Shown here: piece after piece, positions 40,801 through 54,724 of the stretch
Position numbering within the stretch: the stretch's first letter is position 1
How the letters are laid out: each line of letters opens with the position of its first letter
NCBI RefSeq assembly: GCF_009914755.1
Contig: NC_060929.1
Length of the DNA stretch: 64,000 nucleotides
Strand: one strand, 5' to 3'
Source: the human T2T-CHM13v2.0 reference genome, Homo sapiens
Program-made: the position numbers and the translations under genes
The notes under the pieces: model-generated
Told to the model about the DNA's origin: nothing
The model's input: the letters and a program-made list of their open reading frames with translations, nothing else
Databases searched by the model: none

Positions 40801-41665
40801 CAGCAAAAATTGACAAATGGTATCTAATTAAACTAAAGAGATGTACAGCAAAAGAAACTATCATCAGAGTAGACAACCTATAGAATGGGAGAAAATTTTT
40901 GCAATCCATCCATCTGACAAATTATGTCTACATAATCTATTATGTCTACATTATAGACATCTAATAGATGTCTAATATCCAGAATGTACAAGTAACTTAA
41001 ACAAATTTACAAGAGAGAAACAAATAACCCCATTAAAAAGTGGGCATAGAATATGAATGGACACTTCTCAAAAGAAGACATACATGCAGCCAACAAACAT
41101 AAGAAGAAAAAGCTTGACATCATTGATCATCAGAGAAATGCAAATCAAAACCACAATGAGATACCATCTCAGTCCAATCAGAATGACTATTACTAAAAAG
41201 TCAAAAAACAACAGACGCTGACAAGGTTGCAGAGAAAAAGGAACGCTTTTATACTGTTGGTGGAAGTGTAAATTAGTTCTGTGGAAGACAATGTGGTGAT
41301 TCCTCAAAAACCTAAAGGCAGAAATATCGTTTGACCCAGGAATCCCATTACTAGGTATATACCTAAAGGCATATAAATCATTCTATCATAAAGATACATG
41401 CACATGTGTGTTCACTGCAGCACTATTCACAATAGCAAAGACATGGAATCAACCTAAATGCTTATCAATGATAGACTGGATAAAGAAAATGTGGTACATA
41501 TACCCATGGAATACTATGCAGCCATTAAAAGGAATGAGATTATGTCCTTTGTAGGAACATAGGACATGTTCCTATTGTCAGAAGTTGGAAGCCATTATCC
41601 TCAGCAAACTAACACAGGAACAGAAAATCAAACACTGCACATTCTCACTTACAAGTGATAGCTGA
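37808..41665 (+). pseudogene. L1 ORF2p remnant (endonuclease and reverse transcriptase), frameshifted
   Basis: Start ATGACAGGATCAAATTCAC; fragments CCLQETHL (EN) and [18 protein letters not shown] (RT); tttgcagatgac (FADD); many stops and frameshifts. Confidence 0.95.
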
Positions 41666-42862
41666 AGGATGAAAACACATGGACACATGATGGGGAACAA
41701 CACACACTGGGGCCTCTTGGAAGGGGCATTGGGAGAGGAAGAGCATCAGGAAGAATAGCTAATGGATGCTGGGCTTAATACCTAAGTGATGGGATGATCT
41801 GTGCAGCAAACCACCATGGCACACATTTGCCTATGTAATAAACCTGCACATCTGGCACATGTACCCCTGAACTTCAAATAAAAGTTGAAGGAAAAAAAAA
41901 TAAATACAATAAAGTAAAATACAAAAACAAATAAGCAATGTAATTTCAAAAAGTGATAAGTGCTACAGATTTTGTGGTAATACGACCAAATGGAGGGATT
42001 AGGATGAGAAGGAAGACCTCTCTATGCAGATGGCATTTAATCTGAAAGCTGAATGAGGAAAAGGAGCGGCCAAATGAAAATCTGGGGAAAAAACACTCAG
42101 GTAGAGGACACAGAAGTGCAAAGGCCACGAGGCAGAAAGGCACTGCCTTGTTTAAGAAATAGAAAGAAAGATAGTACCTGGTACAATAATGAGGCAGAAA
42201 GTGGAAGGTGGCACGGTCCAAAATGTGGGCAACAGTTACAGTACCTGGGACCGTGTAGGGCTTTTCAAGAGATTGGGTTTCATTCTAAGTGTTATGGGAA
42301 ATCTTGTGGAATGTTTAAGCAAGATAGTGACAAGATCTGATCATGAAAGAGAAGATGGACAATAGAAGGGGCATAGTGGAAGCATTGAGACAAGTCAGGA
42401 GGCTACTGCAATAACATGGGCAAGAGAAAATTGAGTTGTGGTGGTGGAAGTAGAGAAAGTTAACTGATTAAAAGGATATTTTTTTGGAGGAATAGTCAAC
42501 AGAATTTACAGATGAATCAAACATGGTCGGGTCAGAGTGGGAGTGAGGAAGAAAGGAAACAAGGACATGTCCTATTACTAAATCTATTAGGCCTGGTTTG
42601 TTGAGTCCTTTCAAATATCTAACAATTTAGTTCTAAGGCAAATAACAAAACAGGAAATGCAGAGGGGATTTCAGCTCAACTCTGCCACAAATCAGCTGTG
42701 TGATCCTATGCAAGTCACTCTGGGTTCTTCCATTCCCTCAAAGAGCCCAAGGTCACTGAGGCAAGACTTGAGAATTTCCTTACACTTGGGTTAGTAGAGC
42801 AATGCTACTCTCCCTAAAGGCCCCAGTGAACTCCCACAAGTCAAATCCAGTAGCTGCTTTCC

Positions 42863-42937
42863 TAGCCAAGAACAATCCTAGGCAAAAAGAACAAAGCTGG
42901 AGGCATCACGCTACCCAACGTCAAACTATACTACAAG
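42863..42937 (+). mobile_element. Isolated 75-bp internal L1 ORF2 fragment, no tail and no TSD
   Basis: tagccaagaacaatcctaggcaaaaagaacaaagctggaggcatcacgctacccaacgtcaaactatactacaag matches 40355-40427 of the neighbouring L1. Confidence 0.9.
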
Positions 42938-45900
42938 TATGAGCCCTTGACATTCTCTCCTCTCTTAGCTTTCACAGACCCATTCCCTCTGGTTCTCCTT
43001 CTTCGTCTTGGATTATGCCTTCTCTTTTTCTAACCACATATATCTCTTCTTTTTTTATTCCCAACATGTTGTGATTCTGTAGGGTTCTTCCTTCAGCAGC
43101 CTACATCTCACCCTACATCCATGGCTTCAACTACCTTTATGGATTAATGACTACCAAAATCTATAGATCCAGGCCTATGCATCCAATGACTTAGTGGGTT
43201 TTTACTTACTGAAATTTCATAGTCACTTCAATGCAATAATATGTCTTCCTCCTATTTACCTATTTGGATAAATAGAACCAAGATTCACATGCTCATTAGA
43301 ATAATAATAATATTAAAAGTTCAAACATCTACTTTGAAAGTTCTAGGGCCTTCCAGATAGTTAATATGTCACTGTCACTTCCTTTGACTTCCCACTGTTT
43401 TTGCCTTAGCTCTGGCTGTCATCATCTCTTACCTGGACCATTTCAACAGCCTTTCACTTTCTCCGTCAGTCTCCCTAGCATCTACATCACAGTCAGGGTG
43501 ATATTTCTAAAATGCAAATACAATTGATCTGATTCTGTCATTCTCCTGCTTACAATCCTTCAATAGGCTGCACACCACCAATTCAAACTCCTTGGTATGG
43601 CATTCAGAGTCCTCTGTGATCTATCTCCTGCCCATCTGCCCAGCTTCCATATAAGGAACTTACATAAACCCTAATCCAGAGCATACCTGGAGTGTTTTAG
43701 TAACAGCTGGGAGGCCAGCGTAGCTGGAGTGGAGTGAGCAAGAGGGATACTGGTAGAAGGTGAGATCAGAGAGGTCATGGGAGGCAAGGGACAGGATTTC
43801 AAGTAGGGAGGGAGAGAAGAAGAAGGCTGAAATGGCCACCAGCAGATGTGTCTGCCTCCTCTGAGACTAAACAATAATCTACCCTGGGCTTAGTTTGAAC
43901 TGATCTTAGTCTGAACTCCCATCTCAGACCAGGATACCTTGGAAGAAACACAAAATTAATTTTACCATTTCAAAAGTAGGATGATAATCACACATACAAA
44001 GTGAGGTAAGAAAAACTGACACAATGTGCATAAAATTGGTATAAGTATATAAAAGATTATTTATTCATTCATTTAAAATTCATTAATGGAGCACCTACTA
44101 TGCATCAAGCAAAATGCTAAGGATAAAAAGTGACTAATAAACTGGTGAATAATTACTGACCATTCATTACTTGAGAGTTAGAGTCTAGAAGCAAAATGAT
44201 TTAAAAAGGCAATGAACTGCAGTGCCATAACATTAAAGAATGACACTGGAATAAGCAAAATTTCCCTGACCTCACCTAGGAGGCAGGACATTTATTTAAG
44301 TGATTCTTCCCACTTTTCCACTTCCTTTTATTCAAACCATTTGTTTCTAATATTCTTTATATAGCACCCATTTTTGAGAAGAGTAAAGCTAAATAAATGT
44401 ATTGGAAAATATTAATGCTTACAACATTCATGAACTAGCCCAGAAGACATTTCTAAACATAAAGAAACAATTTCTTGACAAAATAGCAAAGATTAAGGAT
44501 CGGGGTTCTCTGCTTCTCTATTTGTGTTTATCACTCTTATCATCTTGCTATTTTCCACCTTTCTTGAACTGTCTAGTGTACTGAAGTTTAAGGAATATAT
44601 TTTCCATGATATTCTGCAATCTCCCCAAATTAGTTTCTTCCAAAATATTTGTTTTAAAATTGACAATAGAAATATTATTAATTTTATAGTACACAAATAA
44701 TTAAGATCATCTGGAAGAACATAAAAGTTGAGCTTAATTAACATAAAATTTCAATCATTCCCATATCTCTTAACAAGTGCCTTATATATGTGAGTACGTA
44801 TGTGTGCAGTGTGTACACACATGTGTGCATCATGTGTCTCTTTAACATCTTTCTTTAATCATATAGTTTCTCACCTAAAAGTGAAGACAGCACAGTATAT
44901 ATTCTAGTAGGCAACCCACTTAGGATGTTAGATTTCACCCTTGGCTTTCCATGAATAGTCTTGAAAAGTAATCTACTTTCAACTTACCTACTTACAACTG
45001 AAGGCATCTCCTTTCAATTGTAAGGTTAGGAATTCTATGAACAAAGCTTATTTTAATTTGAGATGTTTTTCTAACCTAATAATTTAAACCTTTTAAATGG
45101 CTGTTTTACAACATAAATTTCCATTTTAATCTGTATACATTAATTTTGTTTAAAAGAAAACTGTCTAATTACTGCCTTGGTACTTTGACCATAGAGCCAT
45201 CTCAGGGTGTAGGTGTATTCTGTGGCTTTCTACCTGTGTCTCCATGTGCCCTCACTGCCTATCCTTCCCTGCTCCACAGTCATTGTCACCCCCACTGTCC
45301 TCCATGCCTGTAAGCCTGGCTCTTCAGGGTTAGAAAACAGAGAAAGAGACACCCTCTTCAAGTGGCTATTGCTAAAATGCCCCAAGGGCATGCCCTAAAC
45401 ACATCCTTATTACAACAAGACCAGATTATTGCATTAGTTACCGTCATAAGAACACAGAAAGATACAAATAGAAGTTACCGAATTCTGGCTCTACAGGTGA
45501 TGCCTCTAATAAATTAAAAATAGCAGTCCTTCAGATTTATGTAGTTTCATGGAGTTCACAGAGGATTTTCTTATGCATTATGTATTTGATCTTCATAAGC
45601 ATCTGGATCTATTATCTCTCTTTAAAGATGAGGAAACTATGACTCACAGAACTAGACCTCCCAACCCACACTATCCACTAAACCAAAATGAGATCCTTTG
45701 AAGTGGGAGGGGAAAGGAGGGCTAAGGAAAGACTAGCCAGGACAGTAGGGAAGGAAAGGCAGAATAAAGTAGAGGTTGTCAAAAAATAAGTATCACCATT
45801 TGGCCCCAGACTCCCCACCTATCAAGTTGGTGGAAAACATTTCCACATTTATATTACTTACGAGATTGCTGCTTTCCTTCTGATTACCAGATGTTTACTA

Positions 45901-48900
45901 AGAGGGGGAAAAAGCTACTACAAATAAACTAGAAATCAAATGTTTGTGTGGACGGCAAGCTCTAATAAAACAAACTAAATGATTTGGTCATTTCCTTGAC
46001 CAACCCTAATTTTTGCCTTTTTGTGGCAATTCAGTCAGGATTTTCTAGTGTAGACAAACATAAAATTAGTTCCTATAGTGCTTTACTAAAGCATGGGTTA
46101 TTTAAGTAGAATTTAAAGGGAAATTAAGAATTAGGGCTACTTATTTAAAGACCAAATTTTTACGTAATAAATGTAAAAGCATAGTATCCATGAAAACAAG
46201 CACACAAAAATGCCATAACAACAAGTAAGAAATTATTTGGCAGAGAGGCAACCAAAGCATACAAGGCCATTTATTTATTTATCCATTCATTAATTCTTTT
46301 ATTCTTTCGACAAATGTTTATTGAATATTTACCAAGGGGTCAGGACTATGCTAAAGAGAAAGATAAATAAGACACGACCTCTGCTCTTGAACAGCTCACA
46401 TCCAATGAGATCTATACCATAAAGTGAATAAGTGACTAAAGAGCACAGTAAATGCTGTAATACAGTTATAAATCAAGTTCCACGACTGTACAAGAGAATG
46501 GAGCAGTTAACTCCATGTAAGGATAGATGAAGACTCCTTGAAGACAGGAGTATTTTAGCTACATCTGAAAGTTTGCAGACATAAATATTTTAAATGCATA
46601 TGCTTGTTGAATGTAAGTGAATGTGTTTACAGTCAAGGAAGGGCAAAAGTAGAGTAGGAGCTTGTCTTTTCCTTTTTAAAGAAGAAGTGTGTTCTAGAAG
46701 AAGTTTGCCATAGAATTCCTGCTGAGATAAGAGCCAAAACCAGCAAGGAGAACAGTAAGAGGAAGTATAGGCAGCTAGGTAGATTAGGATAGAGACACGT
46801 CCTGGATCAGGAATCATCCTAATGTAGATTTGATTTGGAATAGGAGGTGTCAACATCACCCATTTACAAAAACAAACAAACAAACAAACAAACAAAAATG
46901 TATAGCAATGCCCTGGTGCCATGGAAGTGCATAGTCCAAAGCTCTAGTAATTTAATGTCTAAGAGTTTGTTGCAAATTTAAGCTAAAATGCATTCCTCCA
47001 TAAGACGCTAAGGCGTTTTTAAGATATTTTGAGATGGGACCAGGCTTCAAGGAATGAAAAAGACCTTTTGAGGGTCTAGTGAGCACTGGAAGAAAACACC
47101 AATGAAATCCTTACTCTTCCACATTTGGCCCTACTTTTTTTAATCCATAGATACATAGCCTTTGAAAAAAAATTTCATGTTTTCATTTAAAAGTAGCACC
47201 ACTAATGTTTTATTGAAATACATTACTAATAATAATATTTATTAATAAGTCCCTAAATGTTCCAAAATTGATCTTATAAGACCCTAGAACCCCAGCACAC
47301 TACAATTGTGGCATATATAAAACACGTGGAATGCTGAGGATGAAGGAAAGGAGCTTTTTTGGTATTTGGTGGAAATTGACAGAAAGCATTTTCAAACTTC
47401 TCAAATTTGAGAAATAGATTTTTTAACATTATTTATCTTTTTGGATCAGTTTTCAGAACAGTAACTTTGTTATCAAGAGTGACTAATGAGTATGCTTTTT
47501 AAAATCATTGAGATTTTAACATGCTTGCTATTTTTAATCCATTGTAGTATTTTATGTAGATTTATGTATATATACTTATTTGTGACTGTTGACATTGCAA
47601 CAATATTCAAGAATATTTTGGAAATAATCACTTATCCTCTACCCAGTTTTTTCTTTTTTTTGCTTATTTTCTTTTATAAGCATAGTTGTAAAAATCAGAA
47701 TGTTTTTAATGTTTTAATGATTTTAACATTCAGAGTAATTAGACGCTGAAAGAGTCCCTTGAGAGAGAAAGTTGGGTAATCACTGATACGAAGTGAACCA
47801 AAAAAATACTAGGTAGTCTCAAAACTGAAGAACAAGGCCTGAATAATCGGAAATAGCCAAAGGACATGTTGGTGATTGTGCTATTACAGAGGCTAGTTCT
47901 TTATAATGGTTATATTTTAATACTTTGGAAATGGATCAAAAGCAGAGGTCATAGTTGAAAGATCAGAGGTGAAGTAACAGGGAAAACATAATAATGAGCT
48001 TTTACTTTAATCACTTAATGCACAAGTTTAAGTCTGATTTTCTTTAAACAAAGGACTATTATTTGAAGAACACCAAAAGACCTTGACAAAGAGAAGATTA
48101 TTTGAAGTTTAAGTTCTAAACTCTTTTAAGGGTTTAAAGTATTGTGAGGAGACCCTTTAAAACACACCACCACTGTTGGGGACTCAGCAAAAGTGAAATG
48201 AGGAAGAACCCTATTTTTAATATCTTTGAAAAGGAGATTCTGCCTTTAGAAGAGTTATCCAGAGTTCACAGGTTGGAAAATCAGCCTATTATAGCTGGTT
48301 TTGCATCTGGCAATTTTAATAATCCTTGGACTGACATGATGAACTAGATGAACCCTTATGGGCACTTCCAGACCTGCAAGCCTATGATGTCCTTTCCAAA
48401 ATAAATCCTTGATGTACCACAAAGATCAGTTTGAAGTATCTGAGAATAGCTGAAATCAATGCCCTTCTTTCAATATCTTTTGGAATATTCTTGGCTAAAA
48501 CAAATTTCTCTTATAGGCCTTAAAAATGTGATGATAATCTGCGCAACTGAACTGTGTAGGCAGCTGAAAGATAAATATATACTAATCAATCTATTAGGCA
48601 AAATATTTTTTAGTAATCTCTTAATTTTCCAAAGTTGTATAATAGCTAAAAATTCATTTCCACTTAAATATTTTAAAAATATCTCTCATCTAGAAACTTC
48701 TCTTTGGATCACTTAAAATTTATTGCTTTCTTAAACAGAATATTAAAATATTTTAAATCTCCCAGTTCAGTTCATTTGCAAACATAGGCTGAGCTGCATT
48801 TCAATTAGTTGTGCAAAAGCCATACTTTTTCAAAGATGTATATAACTTATATTTACACAAATATTCCTATAAAACTCAAGTACTTCACAGAAGACTGAAT

Positions 48901-48979
48901 GAGGAAATGTTTTATTTTAATATGTATAGTGTAACCTCACTGAAGAATTTTTATGTAATTTTATTGCTGTCACTTAGAG

Positions 48980-49113
48980 CCGTGGTCCCCAACCTTTTTG
49001 GCACCAGGAACTGGTTTCGTGGAAGACAATTATTCCATGCATGATGGCCAGGGCAGGGAAGGTGGAGAGGAGTGGGTATACCAGTCTGTGGCCTGGGAGT
49101 CAGGGGACCCCTG
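48980..49113. mobile_element. Internally deleted MER1-type hAT MITE
   Basis: TIRs CCGTGGTCCCC...GGGGACCCCTG; perfect 8-bp TSD ACTTAGAG at 48972-48979 and 49114-49121. Confidence 0.85.
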
Positions 49114-49434
49114 ACTTAGAGCAACTCTTAAGAGTTGCTTTAAGAATCTCTTTTACCTACATTGTAGACAGATAAAGCCTTCTAAGTGGTAGTACATGGA
49201 TAGCAACTAAAAACTGTAGCTAGATAAATAAGTGAATAAAACATGTTCTTCAGACATAAACATTTTCACAGAAGTATTTAGGAGTGAAAAGATTTACTAC
49301 CTGGGATTTACTTTAAAATCATACAATAAAAATTAATTTATCATTAAACCCTTTGACATTTGACTGATTCTATTTTTTCTATCTTACCATTAATAACTGT
49401 ACATTTTAAAAGTTTTCCTGGCATTCTGGGCTTT

Positions 49435-49747
49435 CTTTTCTTTTTTCTTTTCTTTTTTTTTTTTTTGAGAGGATGTCTCGCTTTGTTGCCCAAGCTGGAG
49501 TGCAGTGGCGCGATCTCAGCTCACTGCAAGCTCCGCCTCCCAGGTTCACGCCATTCTCCTGCCTAGCCTCCCGAGTAGCTGGGACTACAGGTGCCCGCCA
49601 CTAGGCCCAGCTACTTTTTTGTATTTTTTAGTAGAGACGGGGTTTCACTGTGTTAGCCAGGATGGTCTCGATCTCCTGACCTCGTGATCCGCCTGCCTTG
49701 GCCTCCCAGAGTGCTGGGATTACAGGCGCGAGCCACTGCGCCCGGCC
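49435..49747 (-). mobile_element. AluY
   Basis: AluY diagnostics tgcaagctccgcctcc, ttcacgccattctcc and ttagccaggatggtctcgatctcc; TSD CATTCTGGGCTTT at 49422-49434 and 49749-49761. Confidence 0.97.
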
Positions 49748-50122
49748 ACATTCTGGGCTTTTTTAAAAAAGACCTTGATTTGCATAAAATATAAATCTTT
49801 CCTTTTAAATGTAAATACTAAATATTGTAAATCCCAAATCTTTTATTGCACTATCCAGAAAAACAAAATAAAATAAAAGCTTCTACAATGAAAATGTCTT
49901 TAAAGTACTCATGAGCATGGCAGGGGGGTGTTGGGGGAATTCTGTCAACTCAGAATTTTATATCCAGAGTAAATATCCCTTTAAAAATCAAATGGAAAAG
50001 AATAAATAACAAATAAAAGCCTCTGATATGAAGTTAGTTTATTTCAAGTTGTTAAGATTGTTGTTTTTTCACATAGTCACACACACAGCAAATCGCAAGC
50101 CACACTAAGAACAAATATTAGG

Positions 50123-50173
50123 TAGGTTGGTGCAAAAGTAACTGTGGTTCTTGCAATTACTTTTAATCGCAAA
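50123..50173. mobile_element. Truncated MADE1 (Hsmar1 mariner MITE)
   Basis: taggttggtgcaaaagtaactgtggttcttgcaattacttttaatcgcaaa; the right TIR is mostly missing. Confidence 0.85.
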
Positions 50174-50189
50174 GCAAGGCAAGAGAAAT

Positions 50190-51330
50190 TTGGTTTTCAA
50201 CATTGTTGAGTGCAAGACAAAGCAAAGCCAAATTTGCAAACCACATTTCTAGCCTTCCACCTTCCCAAACTGCTCCTCCCAGTGCCCCCATCTCAGCAAG
50301 CGGCAACTCCAATCTTACAATTGTTCAAGACAAAAATCTTAGAACCATCCTGGGCTCCTCTCCCTTTCTCACTTCTCTCATCTAATCCATTAACAAAACA
50401 GGTCAGCTCTATTTACAGAGTATGTCCAGGTCTCTGACAGCTTCTCGCCATCTCAATTGCTACCAGCTGGCTTCAAGCCACTGTTAGCTCTTATCTTACT
50501 GTAGTAGCCTCCGAGCTGGTCTCCTGTTTCTGCCCCAGACCGGGACAGGATATTGTCAACACAGCAGCCCACAGTATTCTTTTTCATATAAAGATCAGCC
50601 CACATCATTCCTCTCCAGTGATTTTTTTTAGATCAAAACTCCAACGATTTACTATCTCAATCAAAGTAAAAGCCAACTCAGGAGGCTGAGGCAGGAGAAT
50701 CGCTTTAACCCAGGAGGCGGAGGTTGCAGTGAACCGAGATTGCACCACTGCACTTCAGCCTGGGCGACAAGAGTGAAATTCTGTCTCAAGAAAAAAAAAA
50801 AAGAAAGAAAAAAAAAGTGAAAGCCAGAGTCCTTACATAACTTTCAAGGTCCTACATAATATGATGCTTCATTTTCCTCTGATGTTATCTCCTGCTCATT
50901 CTGCACCGCCTGCACTGGCCCCTTCAAACACTTGAAGCATGCTCCGTTCGGAGCTTTGAACTTGCTGTTCCTCTGCCGGCAGCACTCTTCCTCCAGCGAC
51001 GCTGTCTCCCCCAGAGAGCTACACAGCTTGCCTCCCCACCTCTTTTAGTTGTCTTTAAATGTCATCTTCTCGTGAAGATGAACTGCCCTCATGCACAATT
51101 TTAAATAGCAATCTCTGCTCCAAAGCCCTGATCCCCTTCACTACATAGCACTTGTTACCATCCGACATACTATATGTTTAACTTCTTTATTTGTTTATTG
51201 TGTCTCTCACCCCAACTGGAATATAAGCCCACTGAGGGAAGATACTGATATCTGTTTGGTTCACTGCTGTGTTCTTGACATCTAGAAAAATGTCTGCCTT
51301 AATAAATATTTATAAATAAATGAATGAATA
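50190..51330 (+). mobile_element. L2 fragment (~1 kb), interrupted by an Alu monomer
   Basis: L2-type catctcagcaagcggcaactccaatc...; 3' end gttcactgctgtg...aataaatatt...aatgaatgaat. Confidence 0.75.
50676..50813 (+). mobile_element. 5'-truncated Alu, right arm only (AluSq/Sp-like)
   Basis: actcaggaggctgaggcaggagaatcgc...gacaagagtgaaa; TSD AAAGT(A/G)AAAGCCA at 50663-50675 and 50814-50826. Confidence 0.93.
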
Positions 51331-51750
51331 AACTTTAAAAAACAGATTTTCAAAGCACTTAATATTTTCTCATATGCAAGAAATTCAAATAAAGTACTGA
51401 CTTTTTTCTTTCACAAACCAAAGACCTCTTCTCTTTCCTCAGGTATATTTCTAGATGATACTTCCTCCCACATTCTCACTTAAAAAATTCACTGACCATG
51501 AACAAGCATTAAGATAGCTCTAAGGCATTATGTTTCTCAAGCAAGAGCCACATTGAAAATTCCAATTTGGGAGACTGGTTTTGGGTGGATTCTGAGTTCT
51601 GAGAATCCAGAAAGAAAGGAAAAAACATATTTAAACATTCAAAATTCCAAGTATACCCATCAATTCCCAAAACTTTTGGGGTAATCAAATTTTATTCCTG
51701 TGCCCAGTTCAGAGTTTGTAAATAACACTTTCTACACTCACTACAGATGA

Positions 51751-52809
<1,059 letters not shown>

Positions 52810-54028
52810 CTACAGGTAATTTCATAACTGTCCTACACCCACATTTGCCATTCCTTCAATTTTTGAGACACATACCCAGAGATGAATATATATGTTTGTC
52901 TGGCAAAGATCAAGCTTGATTTCAGGCTCCTCGAGGACAGGAAAGGTAGCACACACTTTTGCTTTTATACAGTGCACAGTGACAAGCACTGAGCTTACAC
53001 TAGATATACTGTGATCAGTTTCCTTGTCCAGGCTTTCCCGCTAGCTGAGTGACCTTAAGTAAGTCATCTAACATCTCTAGACCTGTTTTCTCCCTCTCTT
53101 CAACCAAAAAACCAACAGAGTTGAACTGGTTGATCTCTGGGGCCATTTCCAGCCCTAATAGTCTAAAATGTATAACTCTAAATGCTACTGTAAGTTACTA
53201 TTTTGTTTATTCCATCAGAGTTTATCAAACTTGTCATCGATGCTCCCAGATGCTTCTGTTTTTAAACTTATCATGTATTTTTTATTATAATTTACAAATG
53301 CTCTTTAACTTATAGCCATTTTCTCTTAACACAAAATTGTGTTTGTTGATAGTAATGAGCTGTGGAGTTTTGCTGGTCCTTATTCAAACAAAATCTTGCT
53401 CTGAGACTTACTAGGAATGTTTTGGGAGGAATCCTTTAAATATTTTCATCTGTCTTACAGCTATCACTCCCTGATGGCTAAAGTCCTAACTGGCTTTTTA
53501 GATTTATGATATTAATGAACCTTGCTTATGTCGTTCAAAAATTTGTGTTACATTTATAGCAGCCCTTGACTATGTGTCATGCCACTCCCTACACAATTAG
53601 ACTTTAGCAATCCCACTTATCTTGCTTCTTTCTTTTCTTTTTTTAACCTTTCTCTTATTGTTCTTATCCTTTCTTGTGTAAAATTCTACTGCTTTCTTGT
53701 CAAAAATGCCTAATTCTGTCCTTCTAACCCAGTAATTCTGATTACCTTCAATATTGCTATTACATAGTACTTGTACACATTGTCTATTCAGTCTTGAACA
53801 ATCTTTTTACAGAGATTGATAACTCTTAATTCCTCAAAGGAAAGGTGCCTACAGAGTATCTAACGTTACCATTTGTCGGAACATACTTAAGAGGATTTGC
53901 TGACAAAGTCATCTCTATTCAAATTGCATGTTTAAAAACAATACCCAAGGAATTGGGTTAAACGAAAATAAAACAAAAAGTCAGTAGTTATTGAGGCAAA
54001 TAATATCTTCATTAAAACACTGAAAATC

Positions 54029-54332
54029 GGCAGGGCTCGGTGGCTCACGCCTGTAATCCCAGCATTTTGGGAGGCTGAGACGGGCGGATCACGAGGTCAG
54101 GAGATACAGACCATCCTGGCTAACACGGTGAAACCCCGTCTCTACTAAAAATACAAAAAATTAGCGGGGCGTGTTGGCGGGCGCCTGTAGTTGCAGCTAC
54201 TGGGGAGGCTGAGGCAGGAGAATGGCGTGAACTCGGGAGGCGGAGCCTGCGGTGAGCCTAGATCGCGCCACTGCACTCCAGCCTGGGGGACAGAGCGAGA
54301 CTCCGTCTCAAAAAAAAAAAAAAAAAAAAAAA
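54029..54332 (+). mobile_element. AluY
   Basis: ggatcacgaggtcaggagat...accatcctggctaacacggtg...gaatggcgtgaac; CpG-rich; A23 tail; TSD AAAACACTGAAAAT at 54014-54027 and 54329-54342. Confidence 0.97.
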
Positions 54333-54396
54333 CACTGAAAATTTATAATTATTCTTAAATCCATGTAACTAGTCTCATTCATCTCTACTAGTCAGC

Positions 54397-54724
54397 TGTG
54401 CTTAGAACCCCAACTGCCTGCAGTATTGACTGCTGGCGGCTCACAGTGTGTCCCTCCATACGGGATCACCTGTGACAAGGGCAGCTGCCTCTCCCAAGAT
54501 TCCACCCCCTCCCTGATGACAGCCTGCACACAAAGGTGGCCAACATGGATAAAAGCCTTGGCCCCTTGCCTCAGTTTGAGACAACTCTAAAGGGCAAGCC
54601 CAGTTCTGGCACTTTCAATGGGATTCCTTATTCCCAATCCTGCTTCCCAAGATTACTCCCAATAAACGTACTGCACTCAAATCTTCATTTCAGGGTCTTT
54701 GTCTAGGAAACCCAGCCTAAGGCA
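54397..54724 (+). mobile_element. LTR16-type ERVL LTR
   Basis: ggcagctgcctctcccaag...gccccttgcctcagtttgagacaactct...actcccaataaacgtactgcactcaaatc...aacccagcctaaggca. Confidence 0.7.

Larger units (their letters stand above)
35242..41924 (+). mobile_element. Full-length old primate LINE-1 (L1PA11-L1PA13 class), inserted in an L2
   Basis: ~1.4-kb 5' UTR with ~260-bp internal repeats, ORF1, ORF2 (EN, RT, C-domain), 3' UTR and A-rich tail. Perfect TSD AAACAAATAAGCA at 35229-35241 and 41925-41937. Confidence 0.96.
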
